Below are positions 30,790 to 59,865 of a DNA stretch of 64,000 nt, in pieces (the first letter of the stretch is position 1; every line of letters starts with the position of its first letter). Where the stretch lies: assembly GCA_044892525.1 (NCBI GenBank), contig CM097885.1, positions 47,555,727-47,619,726 on the forward strand, in the 5' to 3' direction. Made by a program: the position numbers and the translations under genes. This DNA comes from Schmidtea polychroa (taxonomy: Eukaryota). The notes under the pieces were generated by a model. It was not told the origin of the DNA and did not search any database. It saw only the letters and a program-made list of their open reading frames with translations.

Positions 30790-31985
30790 ATGCCGAAATT
30801 ATAAAAGGAAAAAAAAGTGGCAGAAAACAAATTATTTCAGAGGAACAGGGAAATAATTTGTTGGATTTTGTTGAAGCCAATTTTTAAGCAACTTTAGAAG
30901 AATTGCTAATTTTCCTTTTACAACAAAATTGCTCGGCATCCACAACTGCTTTTATTTAGATTTCTAAAAAATCACTTAATATCAGTTAAAAGGGTAAGGC
31001 CATGTGTGGAAGCAAGAAATTCTGATCCCGTACTTCAAATCCGAATGGAGTATGTCAATGGAGTATATCTCGTTTATATTGATGAATGCGGTTTCAATAC
31101 GTGGACTACACAAACCTATGGAAGGAAGAAAAAAAGAGAAAGAATATACTCCATAGTTTCAAATAATCGAGGACAAAACATGTCCTTTCTCTTAGCAATA
31201 AGTGTCAAAGGTGCAATTCATCACCAGTTAATTGTAGGATCCTAGAAAAAGGATGCTTACCAACATTTCATCAATGAATTAAGTACAAAATTGAATGGGA
31301 CAAGTTTTTGTAATCTTCTTTTGCCAGCTCATTTTCAATAACCACTTTGACGATGTCAAATCGGCTTGGAAAGGACATGGATCTAAATCCATTTGTCCTT
31401 GATATTGTTTTTCTTATGCTGCCTTTAGTTTTTCTAAACACGCTTTCTATTGGATTGAGGAATGGGCTATATGGTGGCAGATTTTCAATGTAATTATTTG
31501 GAGATAATGCTCCACAATGAATCGAATCATTGTCATGAATAAGACGGTATCCTGTCCCATTCAATTTTGTACTTAATTCATTGATGAAATGTTGGTAAGC
31601 ATCCTTTTTCTAGGATCCTACAATTAACTGGTGATGAATCGCACCTTTGACACTTATTGCTAAGAGAAAGGACATGTTTTGTCCTCGATTATTTGAAACT
31701 ATGGAGTATATTCTTTCTCCTTTTTTCCTCCTTCCATAGGTTTGTGTAGTCCACGTATTGAAACCGCATTCATCAATATAAACGAGATTTTTATCTCGCC
31801 AGACTTCGTCGAGATAACGCGTGACATACTCCATTCGGATTTGAAGTACGGGATCAGAATTTCTTGCTTCCACACATGGCCTTACCTTTTTTACTGATAT
31901 TAAATTATTTTTTAGAAATCTAAAATTAGCAGTTTTGGAGGCTGAGCAATTTTGTTGTAAAAGGAAAATTAGCATTTCTTCTAAA
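30790..31985. mobile_element. Tc1/IS630-family transposase remnants arranged as a foldback (arms ~30900-31302 + and ~31553-31985 -)
   Basis: LVYIDECGF, LIHDNDSIH, LPPYSPFLNPIESVF. Both arms share a TAG after IVGS. Confidence 0.85.
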
Positions 31986-31989
31986 TTTG

Positions 31990-32942
31990 CATAAAAATTG
32001 GCTTCGACAAAAAATTGGGGATTCCCAGTAATCTTCCAAATTCTTCATAATTTTCCTCATTCTCAAATGCATTAAAAAGCCGAATTTTGTCATTTTCTGG
32101 GGATAAAAGAGGGATTGACATTTGTAAACAAACATTATGTTAATACAAATGAAAATACTGAACTTCTATATATCCATAATAAAAATTTGTATGGTTGGGC
32201 TCTCATCCAAAAACTACCTAGGGGTGAATTTACTTTGGTGACGGATGAGCCTGCACTAATTAATTTATTAAAAGACTATGAATCTATTGATCTAGATTCA
32301 CTTTCATATGAGTATACTATGGAAGTATATCTAGATGTTAGAACATTTATTCACGATAAACTGGATGATTTTCCGGTTGCCACTGAAAAAATGTCTGCTC
32401 CATGATCTAAAGTGAAGAAGTTGATGCTCACGCATTTACCCAAGAAGAACTATGTTCTTCATTGGAAACTTCTACAACTTTATCTTTCTCTTGGAGTAAA
32501 GGTTAAAACAATTCTATCAAATTTCATCAGTCTACCATATTCAAAAATTATATTGACACAAACACCCAACTTCGGGCTGTATCAAAAATACTCTTGATAA
32601 AAACTAGTTTAAACTTCTTAACAATATTTTATATGGAAACACAGTCGGAAATTTGAAGAAGCGATTGAATTTGAGATTGTGTAACTCAGCTTCTCAACTG
32701 ATTACTTATTCCACTAAACCCACATTTAAAAAGACTTATAAAATAGATCATATTAGCCGTTCTATTAAATAAGGATTCAGTGTGTTTGTATAGACCTAGT
32801 TATATTGGTCAATCTGTACTTGATCTATCCAAATTACGCATATATCAGTTATAATGTATTGATTTACAAAAATATCAAGATGAATTTAGCTGCGAAATCA
32901 ATATTATTGCAGGTAGCACTGATTCCTTCTTTTTAGAGGTTA
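31990..32942 (+). pseudogene. Degenerate Polinton pPolB polymerase-domain fragment
   Basis: LLYIHNKNLYGWALIQKLP (motif A), KNYVLHWKLLQLYLSLG, KLLNNILYG (motif B), YIGQSVLDLSKL, AGSTDSFF (motif C); multiple stops and frameshifts. Confidence 0.8.
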
Positions 32943-32945
32943 AAG

Positions 32946-35640
32946 CAGCGATTCTCAACCTCGGTGCATATTCCAACACAATTTCCCATTCAATATTCGC
33001 CTCGTTTATAACATTATCCAAGATGGTAAATAAAGCAGTTGATGTTCATTCACAGAGAAAGTGTTTTTTAAAACTAATTTTTGCTTCTCATATGATTTTA
33101 ATTTACTTTCAAAAAATTGTCGGGATTTGTTAACGTATTCACTATGAAGAGTTTCCAAATGTCGTTTAAGTTTATTTGGCTTCTGTTGAGGTTTCACTTT
33201 TTAAAACCCCAACTTGCTGGTTCTTATATAATCATTTAAATAAAAACAAATTTGTTGAACAAAATTTATTAACAAATAAAATTAACCTTTTAATTACAAG
33301 AATTTATTCTTTAATCTTTCTCAAAATTCGCTATTCAACGATGCGTGTTATGTATTGTTATTATGTATATCGGGCGTGTTATGTTTTGATTGTAGACACA
33401 ATATGTTAGACTTTCTGTTCTGTCTTATTTTTAAATCTCGCAGAGATTGCCTCTTTAAGATTCAGGAAAACCTAAGAAAATTTGAGCGAATTTACTGAAT
33501 TTTGGTGTGGTATATATACTATTTTTAAGTAACAGCAAAATAAAATATTTTAATTTCCGGCATATACGCACGGAATATTATATTCATTTTTATATTATAA
33601 TTATTATCTCCTGCTATTCTTATAGCAGATGTTATTATTTATTTTATATCTTTTATTAATATTAATTTTAAAATATATTAATTTCCGGCTTGTACGCACG
33701 GAATATATAATTTTCTAATATTGTTAAAACATAATATACATTTTACTTAAAATAATTTGTCTTGACTATAATAATTAATATTTTTATAATAATAATTAAT
33801 GTTTTATAATATAATAATTTTATTCAATCCCCTTCTTTATATTATAATGTTAAGTGTGTTGATAAAATTTATTAACATATTCACAATACAAAATAAATAA
33901 CCCATGAATAAGATAAATAATAAGATAAATCAAATGCAGTCAATAGTCTGTAACGATAAAGAATAAATGTAAGAATATATACATGTACAATAAATGAATA
34001 AAATCAATAAAATAATGATTGTCAAGCATAAAATATATACATTGTTAATAGGATCACAAAGGATAATGATAATTATTGTTTTTTGGGTTGTTGTGGATTG
34101 GATTGCACTGTTGGGGAATTGAATTGACAGGTATGTTGAAGCTTTAGAGATATGGAGGAGTTTTGCATATTTCCGTTCCTCGGCGAACACATTAACCCTA
34201 TATTTGTTTGGCCCCGTTCTGTAATACTTATCTAGGGTAAATGTAGTGATGGGTCTGCCCTCATCATCTAACACTTCATACTGTCAGCTGCCAAAATTTT
34301 TGAGCAAATAACACACAAGGGCCTTTCTTCTTCATTTACTTCAGTGCTCATAAATCCATAGTTTAAGTATTCTGTGCAATATTTTCTTGATTTAGTTTAT
34401 GGAACATGCCTAGCCCGTGCACTAGTTGATGCTTCACAATTCTCCAATGCTCACTTACGCCATATAAAAAATTATCCATAACATTTTCTAAATATGCCTC
34501 TGGTGATTCTAAAAAAGATATAAGAAAAATGGATCACAAATAGATAAACATTTAAAAAGTATGGAAATAACTAAAAAATTTATAATATATAGATGTTAAA
34601 GAATCGTGAAATTCAAAAGAATATAAAATAAAATTTATATAATGGATGACAATAGGTGATGGTAAATACTATTTATAGATTTAAATTTAATTGTAAAATA
34701 ATTAACATTATTGAAGAAAATTATTGAAGCTTAAATTTCAATTAATGTCTTGGGTGACAAGTTTTTCTTTTTCGTATATGTTAGAATAATCCAACAGGGA
34801 TTATAAAATGATAAATAACACGTAAAAACGCAAATTGTTATAATAATTAAACGTGGTTAACAAATTGCGTGTTTTACGCCTGGTTTATCTTACAATTTAT
34901 TAATTAATTAAATATTGTTATTTATTTACTATTCAACAAGGATTAATTGTAAATAAAAATTGTTAAATATTTCTATTTTTATTCTACAATTATTCTTTAT
35001 TATTTTCAGAAACGAATTAAATGATAAATATATTCTTTGTACTTATTGGTACGAACCACATGACATAAACATGCTGCCGTACGTCTCGCTCTTCTATCAT
35101 ACATATCGCTGGCTTGGAGTTATAGGATTCTATGTTCTAGGAACATCGATATGCTTTGAATATGCTGATAATATGTGAAAAGATGTCCCGTGCGTTCACA
35201 TTGATGGTCACATTCCACACATCCACATTCGCGAGCGTGAGACAACCGATCACGTATTGCGGCAGTGCGGTAACATCTGTCAAACGTTTATGATTCTAAC
35301 CGCCAGGCGGCGCTAGTTGCCAACATACTGCACACACATACAATAACAACCTCCCGAAACTCATATGCATTCGGAATTAGCAGACGGGACAATACCCCAA
35401 CCTCCCACTATTTGTGTTAGGCCTGTGTTTTAGTAGGCGTTGGTATAAAGGGTAGGGATAGACGTATAAACTACTGTGCATTCATAGCAAACAGTCGCAT
35501 TTTACCAATAAAATTAAATGTACGAATATCGGACCGTTTTCATTTTGACACTTTAATTTTCGATAGATCAAATGGGGGGGGGGGGCGAGAATATTTACGT
35601 TGGTAAACTGGGTCGCAATAACAGAAAGGTTGAGAAGTTG
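32946..35640 (-). mobile_element. Degenerate hAT (Charlie/Buster, ZBED5-like) element with nested insertions
   Basis: TIR-like CAGCGATTCTCAACC at 32946 and AGGTTGAGAA near 35627. BED-finger pieces EYLNYGF..PLCVICSKILAADSMK (34270-34390) and KPNKLKRHLETLH (33006-33197). Confidence 0.7.
35278..35550 (+). mobile_element. Possible solo LTR
   Basis: TGTCAAA...TTTGACA inverted termini, internal TATAAA and AATAAA, higher GC. No matching TSD seen. Confidence 0.4.
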
Positions 35641-36289
35641 TCTATGTGAATTATGTGAATGGTTATCACATTCATTGACATCATTATAGTACTCAGGTTC
35701 AAATACCTGTATGTGTGACTTTTTCTTATTGATTTAAATTTCCATAGAAATCGGCCAAGAATTTCTTAACAAATTTGATAAGATTAATCGAGTAAGCTAC
35801 TAATAAAATAATTAGTAAAGAAACTTAATAAGTGTTTTGATTTTACTATTCAGATCACCTGGTAGTTCTTTTATTTTATTTTATGCTTGGATTAAGACAT
35901 AGAAACTAACAAAGTAGAAATAGTAATAGTAACGTTATGCCTGTGTATTTCAGTGTGCTATTAATTCGTAAGTGAGGATGATTATGTGTGTGTGTTGATG
36001 TGTGGTTACCATTAAAAATTTACAAGTTGTCAACTAAATAGCCGTTGGTCATAGGTCAAAGATCAATTATGACTTAAAGGGTCAAAGGTCAATAATCACA
36101 TAAAGATAAATAGTCAGATGTTACGTAAGATGTCAATTATTACATAATCATATATACATTATATAACTTATAAAATTATGTAACAGCTTATCACTGGGGT
36201 ACCCATACAAATATTACGTAATAATATATATATATCCTGGGATATTTGACTTGGTTTATAATCTTCACTTGTCACTACTCATCTCCTAT

Positions 36290-36811
36290 AGATTTTAAAA
36301 TCGATCTTCCAACTGCTAGAATAAATCTTTTATAGAAATAGGTTTTTGTATTTTTTTAAAAAAATTAAATGATTTATTAGGATTTGAAGAATCATGTTAT
36401 TTAAGAAGCAGTGTGATTTAATACAAGGAACATATAAAGATGGAAAACAGAATAATTTCTTGTATAATTTCCCATATGGAATTGTGCCTCAAGGATATAG
36501 AATCTGTCAAATAATAAACAATCCTACTTATTTATCAACAATCATAAAAACTAGATTTCATATCTTTCAAAATTGTTGATCAAAATAATAATTTATCAGA
36601 TTTTGTTAATGAATCGGATGATTGTATGAGGAGTGATTTAGACATGAAAGGAAATAAAATTTTAAACATTAGGAATTTAAATGAAGTTACACGAAAAGGG
36701 ATTGATGATCTACGAGATGATCTAACAAAGAATGTTAATGATAGAATCACTAATGTCAATGAGCACGTAACAAAAATTCAGAAAGATTTAGAGAATGAAA
36801 GAAATAATTAA
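36290..36811 (+). pseudogene. Relic Maverick penton (minor capsid) followed by a fiber-like fragment
   Basis: KIDLPT and CDLIQGTYKDGKQNNFLYNFP..VPQGYRI..NNPTYL match 60875-61549; SDLDMKGNKILNI matches 59866-60855. Same gene order as the main element. Confidence 0.8.
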
Positions 36812-37624
36812 AATAATTTTTAAATTTTTAAGGAGAAAAGGTTTTCCTAGAAGATTATTTGTGATTTTTGAGAGCTCTTTTTTGAAAATATAGATATTTT
36901 TGAGCCTTTTAATTTTGTTAACTGTGACATTTTCAAATTTCCGTTGTAAGATGTTTAAAATTATGAGAAAGGGCATATAATACTTATCAGTAGGCTAATC
37001 CTTTGACTTTTAAGAAAGGTTTAATTTTGCAAAATATTCTACTTAATGAGTCAAATTATTTTACTAACCACGAAGCTTTCGTTTCGCCTCCGGAAGTTGG
37101 ATAAATCCAAGAAAAATAGATTCTAGTCTAGACTTCAAATATTTATTATAAAATACTTTACATTCTTAGTCTAAATTCTTCTTAAATTTTATATTGCGAA
37201 GTCATTTTTAGACATTAGGCATAAAATTGTGGGAACCTTTGATGACATGGTTTGATGAAAATTGCTTAAAATGATGAATTGCTTTCGATGAACAATATTT
37301 TCGAGAAATTAGCCACCACTCATTTGACTTATATAAAATAGACAAATTATAAACAAAATTTGTTGAATTAATTAAAACAACATATAAGGCAATATTAGTG
37401 AGCACAATAAGGCTTGTAAAAGTACGTCTAATTATAAAATCTTATTAAAAAATTAAATAATTATTAAATTACTAAATCAAATTTCAATATTTTAAAATTT
37501 AAAAAATAATGTTTTTTTTTAAATTTTTCTGATGTTTTTTTAAAAAAATTTTTTTATAATCAATAATTAATAGAATTAAGAAATTTATTAAAAATCCTTA
37601 AATTCTATAGTTATTATATCCTAC

Positions 37625-37657
37625 CTGATGATGACAGGAAAGCTGTCGAAATATATC
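37625..37657 (+). ncRNA. Hammerhead core motif (PLE-type minimal), helix I poorly paired; mutated copy at 20030-20062 (-)
   Basis: CTGATGA-T-GACAG-GAAAG-CTGTC-GAAA-TATA-TC. Confidence 0.5.
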
Positions 37658-38315
37658 TTGAAACAAATGTTTGATTGGCGCTTTCTTATGAATAACTCAT
37701 TGCCATGTATGTTTAATTATTTATTGAAAAAAACAAAATTCATCATAAAAAGTATTCCACAAAATAAATTCATTTTTTGAATAGAATAAAAATATTTAGC
37801 CTATTTCTCAGTGTCAAAATTTAAACAAAATTTTAATATTATTATAAACAAAATTATTTACTTTTACACAATTCGAAAATTAGTGTTAGAGTAACTATAT
37901 ACGTTTGTGTTATTTATATTATTTATATTACTAATACTAATATTTACATCAATATCCAATTACCTAATAAATTACTTCAATCATAAACAAAATTCACAAA
38001 AATATAAAAAAATTTAAACAAATATTTTTTTTACTTCTGTCAAATATAAAGGAGAAATAATAAAAAATTTACTTTGTAATTTTGAATTCTCCCATTCTAT
38101 TACTTTATCTAATGGATAAAAAGGCTCAAATTTATTTCTTTATAAAATTATTTCATTGAGAATTTACAGAAATATAAGCTAGAATATTGTGACAAGCAAA
38201 GTTAACTTTAAACAAATAAACAATAAAAGGAAACAAAATATTTTCCAATTTGAGATTTTCCATTCGAGCAAAAATATATATTTTATTTTCAGATGAAAAT
38301 CGGAGAAATTCCGTA

Positions 38316-40168
<1,853 letters not shown>

Positions 40169-40713
40169 TTTTAGAATTTGCGAAATTTCTATAAAAAAGT
40201 GTCAAATAAAATTCGATAAATAGCCGAAACTAACTTCAAAATCGAATTTTATTAGGAATTATATAAATTGATTAGATTTAAACAAATAAATAAATTTTGA
40301 GTGTATTTTGTTTAAAATTTATTAATTTATTTTTTAAAATAATAATTTTATTAGTATATATAATTATGATTTAAATTGGAAATTTTAATAATAATAAAGA
40401 AAAATTTAATTTTAATTTAAATTTTAATTAATTTTAATTTAATTTAATTTTCTAAAAAAGTTTAATTTTTTATTATATAGTGTAATTGAAAATCTTTGTA
40501 TTTATAATTAAAAATGTCTTTTTTGAATTGATCAGATTTATTATTTAGGTATTTTGGATGCTATGTTTATTGACTCACGAGTTAGATTGCGTAACATTTG
40601 ATCGTAATTACGTTTAATTGTAAATATTTGCATAAAAATCATTACGAATATTTACATTTTTATATAAGGGAACGTTAATCCACATCTTCCATTTATATTT
40701 ACTATTATTATTA

Positions 40714-40896
<183 letters not shown>

Positions 40897-41294
40897 GTGA
40901 TATTTATTAAATAATTCATTTAATAAAATAACCGATTATTTATTTTTATTTATTTTTAATTTAAAAATCTATCTTTATTTTTTGGTTCTATTCCATTTTT
41001 TTATTGCTTTTTATTTAAATGTTTTTATTGTGAATTTTGTGATATTTTTGCGGGATTTATAAAACTGTTGTTCATTATGTCAACCCGGTTTAAAGTTTTT
41101 TTAACTTTGATAAAGATTTTGTAAAATTTACAAATTTTTTCTCTTTAACATAATACAAAACATCCTTAAGAATAAATGAATTCTAGAATGTTGAAGAAAT
41201 GGTTATTTATATTATTAATTAAAATATAAATAAAATATTATTCGATGGAGAGATCATAAGTTGAATTTTCGTTATACTTTAGTTAGTTATTTAT

Positions 41295-54512
<13,218 letters not shown>

Positions 54513-54694
54513 TACCGGTTCGCCACCATCACCCGTTTCAATAATTTTTTTTTCATATTTATGTTTAAAAATAAAATAATTAATAAAATAAATAAAATAA
54601 ATAAAATAAAATAAAATAAAATAAAAATAAATAAAATAAAATATAAATCTAAGATAACCACACTATTATTTTCAAATTTTTAAAAAAAAAAAAA

Positions 54695-54770
54695 CTAACC
54701 ACAGTTAGGATTTGAACCGCTATCCATTTGAACCACGGTGCCGGTCTAGCCCACTGCGCTATCTAGGTTT
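54695..54770 (-). ncRNA. tRNA-like RNA polymerase III unit (A box, B box, oligo-T terminator)
   Basis: A box TAGCGCAGTGG (54761-54751), B box GGTTCAAATCC (54718-54708), T13 at 54694-54682. About 76 nt; cloverleaf imperfect. Confidence 0.6.
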
Positions 54771-54867
54771 GGATTTTTGTTATTTTTTATACTGTCACAT
54801 TATGAAAATAAATATAAAAACATAAAAAATCAAAACAGGATATCCAATAAAAATTTTTTTTCTAAAA

Positions 54868-57800
54868 ATGAATTGTATTATTTGTAATAAAGTTTTTAAA
54901 AATAAAACTGGATTAATTTCTCACTTAAAATCGAAAGCTCATTTATTAAAAGAAAACAATCTTAATGATACAAATTCAAAAGTTTGTCCTAAATGTAAAG
55001 GAAGATTTCTACATTCTGGATATAATAAACATTTTGAAAATTGTATCGGGAAAAATAGAGAAATATTTACATGTTCTCACTGTAACTTTTCAACAAAAGT
55101 AAATTTCTATTATTTAGAACATATAAAAGAATGTAAAAATAAAAAACAAAATTCTGACGATGAGGAATGTCATTCAGAAGGAGAACCTGATCATGTTGAA
55201 AGAGAAAAATATAACTGGGATGATTTTAATCATGTAGATGAATTTCAATTAGAAATCAATGGACCTATAACTCCTGGAGAATATATAAATAAAAATAAAA
55301 AAAATATTAAAAATTCTTTCACTGAAGCTTTAAAAAATTATAAACCGACAAGGTATAATGTTATAAAATATAAAATTATAATCAAAGCAAAATACTGGCG
55401 AGGAGCAGAAGAAAAGACAACACCTTTAGATGTTGAAATTGGAATACCCTTTAAATATTTATTTTCAACTAAAGGATTTGATAAAACCATCAAAGAAATA
55501 ATTCAAGCAGTAGAAGCAAAACAAGAAGAGGTTGAAAATGAATTAGGAGATTCAAACTTAGTATTCAACTCTTTCCAAACTTTAGTGATTGATTATTGGA
55601 GAGGATTACCACCTAATCCTTAATCTTATATTCCTACACCCTTTAAATCTAAAAATGTTATAAACATACAGAATAATGATAACAAATGTTTCGTCTGGTC
55701 AATACTTGCACATTTACACCCTCAAGAATCAAACCCTCAAAGAGTTTCAAAATACAAACAATATGAAAATGAATTAATATTTCCCAAAGGATTCAAACAT
55801 CCAATGAAACTAGAAAACATTCCAAAATTTGAAAGTTTAAATAATCTTAAAATTAATATTTATGAACGTGTTAAAGGGAAACATGTTAATAGCAGAGAAA
55901 TTATTCCAATTTATATTTCAGATTATGAAGTTAGAGATAATGAACCCCAGGATAACACTAGGGAGATATATCTTTTAATCTTGGAACAACAAAATAATCA
56001 ACATTATGTTTTAATAAAAAACTTTCAAGCTTTTACATCACCAGAGAATCCAACTAGTGGAGGAGGAACATGTAAAAGATGTCTTCATTATTCAACGACT
56101 AAAAACTCTATGATTAAACATACAAGATTTTGTGAAAAAGATGATCCAGCTTTAATTAAAATGCCTAATAATCCCAAGATGTATTTTAAAAACTTTTCAA
56201 ATTTACTACAAACAGTAGGAGTGCTTTATGGGGACTTTGAATCTATAAATCGTAAACAAGATTTGGTTAAACAATATTTAAAAATAATAGAAAAAAATAA
56301 ACTCATGGATTCCTGGAACTCCTCAGGAGAGAAGATGAAACCCGAGAGGATGAAAGCCTTTATAAGAAAAAGGAATAAACCTAATAGTGTTAAAAAAACT
56401 AAACAATTACCATCTGCTTATAAATTATTATTTAAAAGTAATTATCCTGAACTCATAGAATCTAGAGAATATACATTTCGAGGAATTTCAGAAACAGAAG
56501 TCTTGAATCATTTTACTAAAAGTATAAATGATCTAGAACATGAAATATTTAAAGTATTAAAAACAAACTATCCTCAAAATATTTCTAATCAACAGCAACA
56601 AGAATATGAAAACACTTCCAACTGTTGGATGTGTAAACAACCATTTGAAGAGTCTCCGAATATAAAAGTCCTCGATCATGATCATTTAAAAAAGGAAAAT
56701 AATTATCGAGGAGCAGCTCATAAAAATTGTAATCTTAATTGTCATACTCCTAAATTTGTACCTGTTATATTTCATAATCTTTTTGGTTATGACATACATC
56801 TATTTATTAAACATTTAGCAGCAAATGCTAAAAACTCTTTTAAAGTTATAAGACTTACAAAGGAAAAATATAAATCAGTTGAATATGGAAAATTAAAATT
56901 TATAGACTCGTTAAACTTTCTTCAAATGTCTCTAGATGGAATAGCTAAAACAATGAAACCAGAAGATTTTAAAATCACTCGAGAATTCTTGGAAAAAAAT
57001 AATATTCCTCTAGAAGAATATCCTACATGTTTAGCAAAAGGAATATATCCTTATGACTATGTTGACTCGTTTGAAAGATATAATGAAACAAGTCTTCCTA
57101 GCCAAGAAGATTTCTATTCACAACTTCAAAAAAATCATATTACAAATCAAGAATATTCTCGAGCAAATAAAATGTGGGAATTATTCAAGTGTAAAACTTT
57201 AGGAGAATATACAAGTATGTATTTATCCTTGGATGTTTATATTCTAGCAGATTGCTTTGAAGAATTTACAAAATCTTTTGTTCTTAAACCTTACAATTAT
57301 ATAACAGCACCCTCTTTAGCTTGGGATACTTTATTATATACCATTTGGACTTCAAATATAGAAGAAGCTGATAAAATTATAGATCTTTTAACTAACCTCG
57401 ATATGTTTAATCTAATTAAAACAAACATTAGAGGAGGAGTCTCTTCAGTAATGGGGAATAGAGAAATAAAAGCTAGAAATGCAATAACTACTAGCAGAAT
57501 GCTTTCAAAGACCTCTGATCCATATATAAAAATTAACAATGAGGAATTAAAAGAAATATTAGAAACAATGAAAAATCCTATATTTATACTTTATATAGAT
57601 CCAACAGCTTTATATTCAGGAATTATGACTCAATATTTACCAATGGGTGATTTCATTGAAATAGAATCATCAAAAGAACTTATAAAAGAAATACTTTCAA
57701 CACCTAAAGATTCTCCAATAGGTTACTTTGTAGAATGTGACTTATTATATCCAGATGATATAAAATCAGGAACAAGATATTTCCCATTAGCTCCTGTAAG

Positions 57801-59184
57801 AAGAAAGATTGATATCAACGAACTTTCTGAATGGCAAATCTCACAAGATAAACCCCCAACAATGAAACTTCTTTGTGATCAAACAGATCGAAGGTTTTAT
57901 CTTTGTCACTATAGACTCCTCCAATTTTATCTTTCACGAGGTATGATATTAAAAAAAGTTCATAGTGTCATAAGATTTAAACAGAGGCCATTCATGAAAG
58001 CTTTTATCGAGGAGAACATTAGATGTCGAAACATTGCAAAAAGAGAAGGTAACCTTTTTAAAGATAATAATTATAAACTTTTAAACAATTCAGTCTTTGG
58101 GAAAACAATGGAGAATGTTGATAAATATACTCATATTGAACTCCTAACTAATACTGCCAAAGATATTAAGCGTTATAATCGTATGCTAGGAAAGCCTACA
58201 TTTAAAAACGCACAAGTATTTTCTGAAAGTCTTACTGCAGTAGAACTAAAGAATTTTGATAAAACATACAACAAACCAATATTTATAGGGTTTTCAATTT
58301 TAGAACTTTCAAAATTACAAATGTATGAAACATATTATAACATCTTACAACCTATATATGGTTCTAATATATCAATGCATGCAATGGATACAGATTCAAT
58401 GTTTTTAACAATAAGAACTCATGATTTACAAAGAGATATAGCTGAAAATCCTATACTTTTAAATTTAATAAATTCAACTGGAGAATTATTTTCATTTAAA
58501 GATGAAAAACCTTTTACTCCTATAGAAAATGGAATATTTATTCGTGCTAAACAATATTCATACGAAACATTTAAAAACCCTGAATTTATAACCCGAGAAA
58601 TTATATTTAAAACCCCAGAAAAAGAGGAAATTATTTCATTTAAATATCCTATATTCCCTAAAGGACCAGAGGGACAAGAAGAAAAACCTGTAAAGGATAA
58701 CAGATGTAAAGGAATACAGAAATCCGTTGCAAAGAATCTTTCTCATCAAGATTATATAGATACATTGAATCCAAATCATAAAGATAAAATTGATGAAGTG
58801 CATCAGATTAAAAGCGAAAACCATGATATTCACTTGATAGAATCTCAAAAAGTATCATTATCAAATTATGATGATAAAAGATTCATCCTAAGTGATTTAA
58901 AGACAACTCTACCTATTGGAAATAATTTAATACCGATAATAAAAAATCTAGAAAAGTTGAATAAGTTATATGATACAAATATTACCGATCTTGATATTTA
59001 TAATGTTGAAATTATTTATCCCGAGAGAGAAATCGAGAAGCCTTTATATTCTCAAGTTTTTAATCCTATATGTTTAGAACTTAAATATTTTAATACTGAT
59101 TCTGAATATATAAAAGGTCTAAGTGATAAAGAATTTAGAGATCATAAATTAATGATTCAAAGGTTGGCTTTCAACGATATTTAA
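54868..59184 (+). CDS. Maverick/Polinton protein-primed DNA polymerase B (1438 codons) with N-terminal Zn fingers and endonuclease VII-like insert; single in-frame TAA at 55621-55623
   Basis: Frame continues after the stop (SYIPTP..INIQNNDNKCFVWSILAHLHP). Motifs: YGDFES, FHNLFGYD, FIDSLNFL, KGIYPYDY, CWMC..DHDH..YRGAAHKNCN, YIDPTALY, KLLNNSVFGK, MDTDS. Confidence 0.93.
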
Positions 59185-59278
59185 TTTTTTAATAATAAAA
59201 TGTCGACAATTAATTTAAGCAACTATAGCAACCTGATCTACTTTTTGAAAAATACATCCATTTTATATATTTATAATT

Positions 59279-59857
59279 TTAAGAATTCTTTAACCATTTC
59301 TCCCGTTTAATTTTTTTATTAGTTATAACATTAGCACTTTTCAATCTATTAATATTATTTTTAATATCTTGTATTATTTGATTTGATTTCATTATTTCAT
59401 CATCAGTTAAGATTCCATCTTCCAAAGCTTTTAATTGAAATAAAAATAATTTAGAGATTCCTAATTCTATTGACAAACAAACTTCACGATATAAACTTTT
59501 CTTTTTTGAAGTATAAGATAATGAAACTATTTCAGTTAGGAAACCATCAGCTACAGAAATACTTCCAAGTATTACTGGCGCAAGTGTTAAAACTGGTAAA
59601 GTTATAGGTAAAATAACTGTTAATATTGCAGATGCAAATCCTAAAGAATAACCTATAACTTTTAAAACTGTATTCCCTTTATTCCATCTATTTTTAATTT
59701 TTTTATAATGCTTTAATAAATCTTGTAAATGTAAGGTTTCTGATTTAAATTCTTTTACTCTCATAATTTCAAGTTCTGTGGGAGCCGAGGCCTTGGAAGA
59801 ATAATATCCTGATGATCTCAATTCTGGATAAATATTTTCTTCTCTTACTTCTTCCAT
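59279..59857 (-). CDS. Maverick conserved membrane protein with a hydrophobic hairpin (possibly the adintovirus GasderminX-type ORF)
   Basis: Hydrophobic stretch VIGYSLGFASAILTVILPITLPVLTLAPVILGSI followed by KALEDGILTDDE. Confidence 0.6.
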   Translation of the reverse strand: MEEVREENIYPELRSSGYYSSKASAPTELEIMRVKEFKSETLHLQDLLKHYKKIKNRWNKGNTVLKVIGYSLGFASAILTVILPITLPVLTLAPVILGSISVADGFLTEIVSLSYTSKKKSLYREVCLSIELGISKLFLFQLKALEDGILTDDEIMKSNQIIQDIKNNINRLKSANVITNKKIKREKWLKNS

Positions 59858-59865
59858 TTTAATAA

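Noticed and set aside
33550..33720. Duplicated TTCCGGC..TACGCACGGAA hairpin resembling a Helitron 3' end
   Set aside because: No CTRR terminus or 5' TC boundary could be confirmed.
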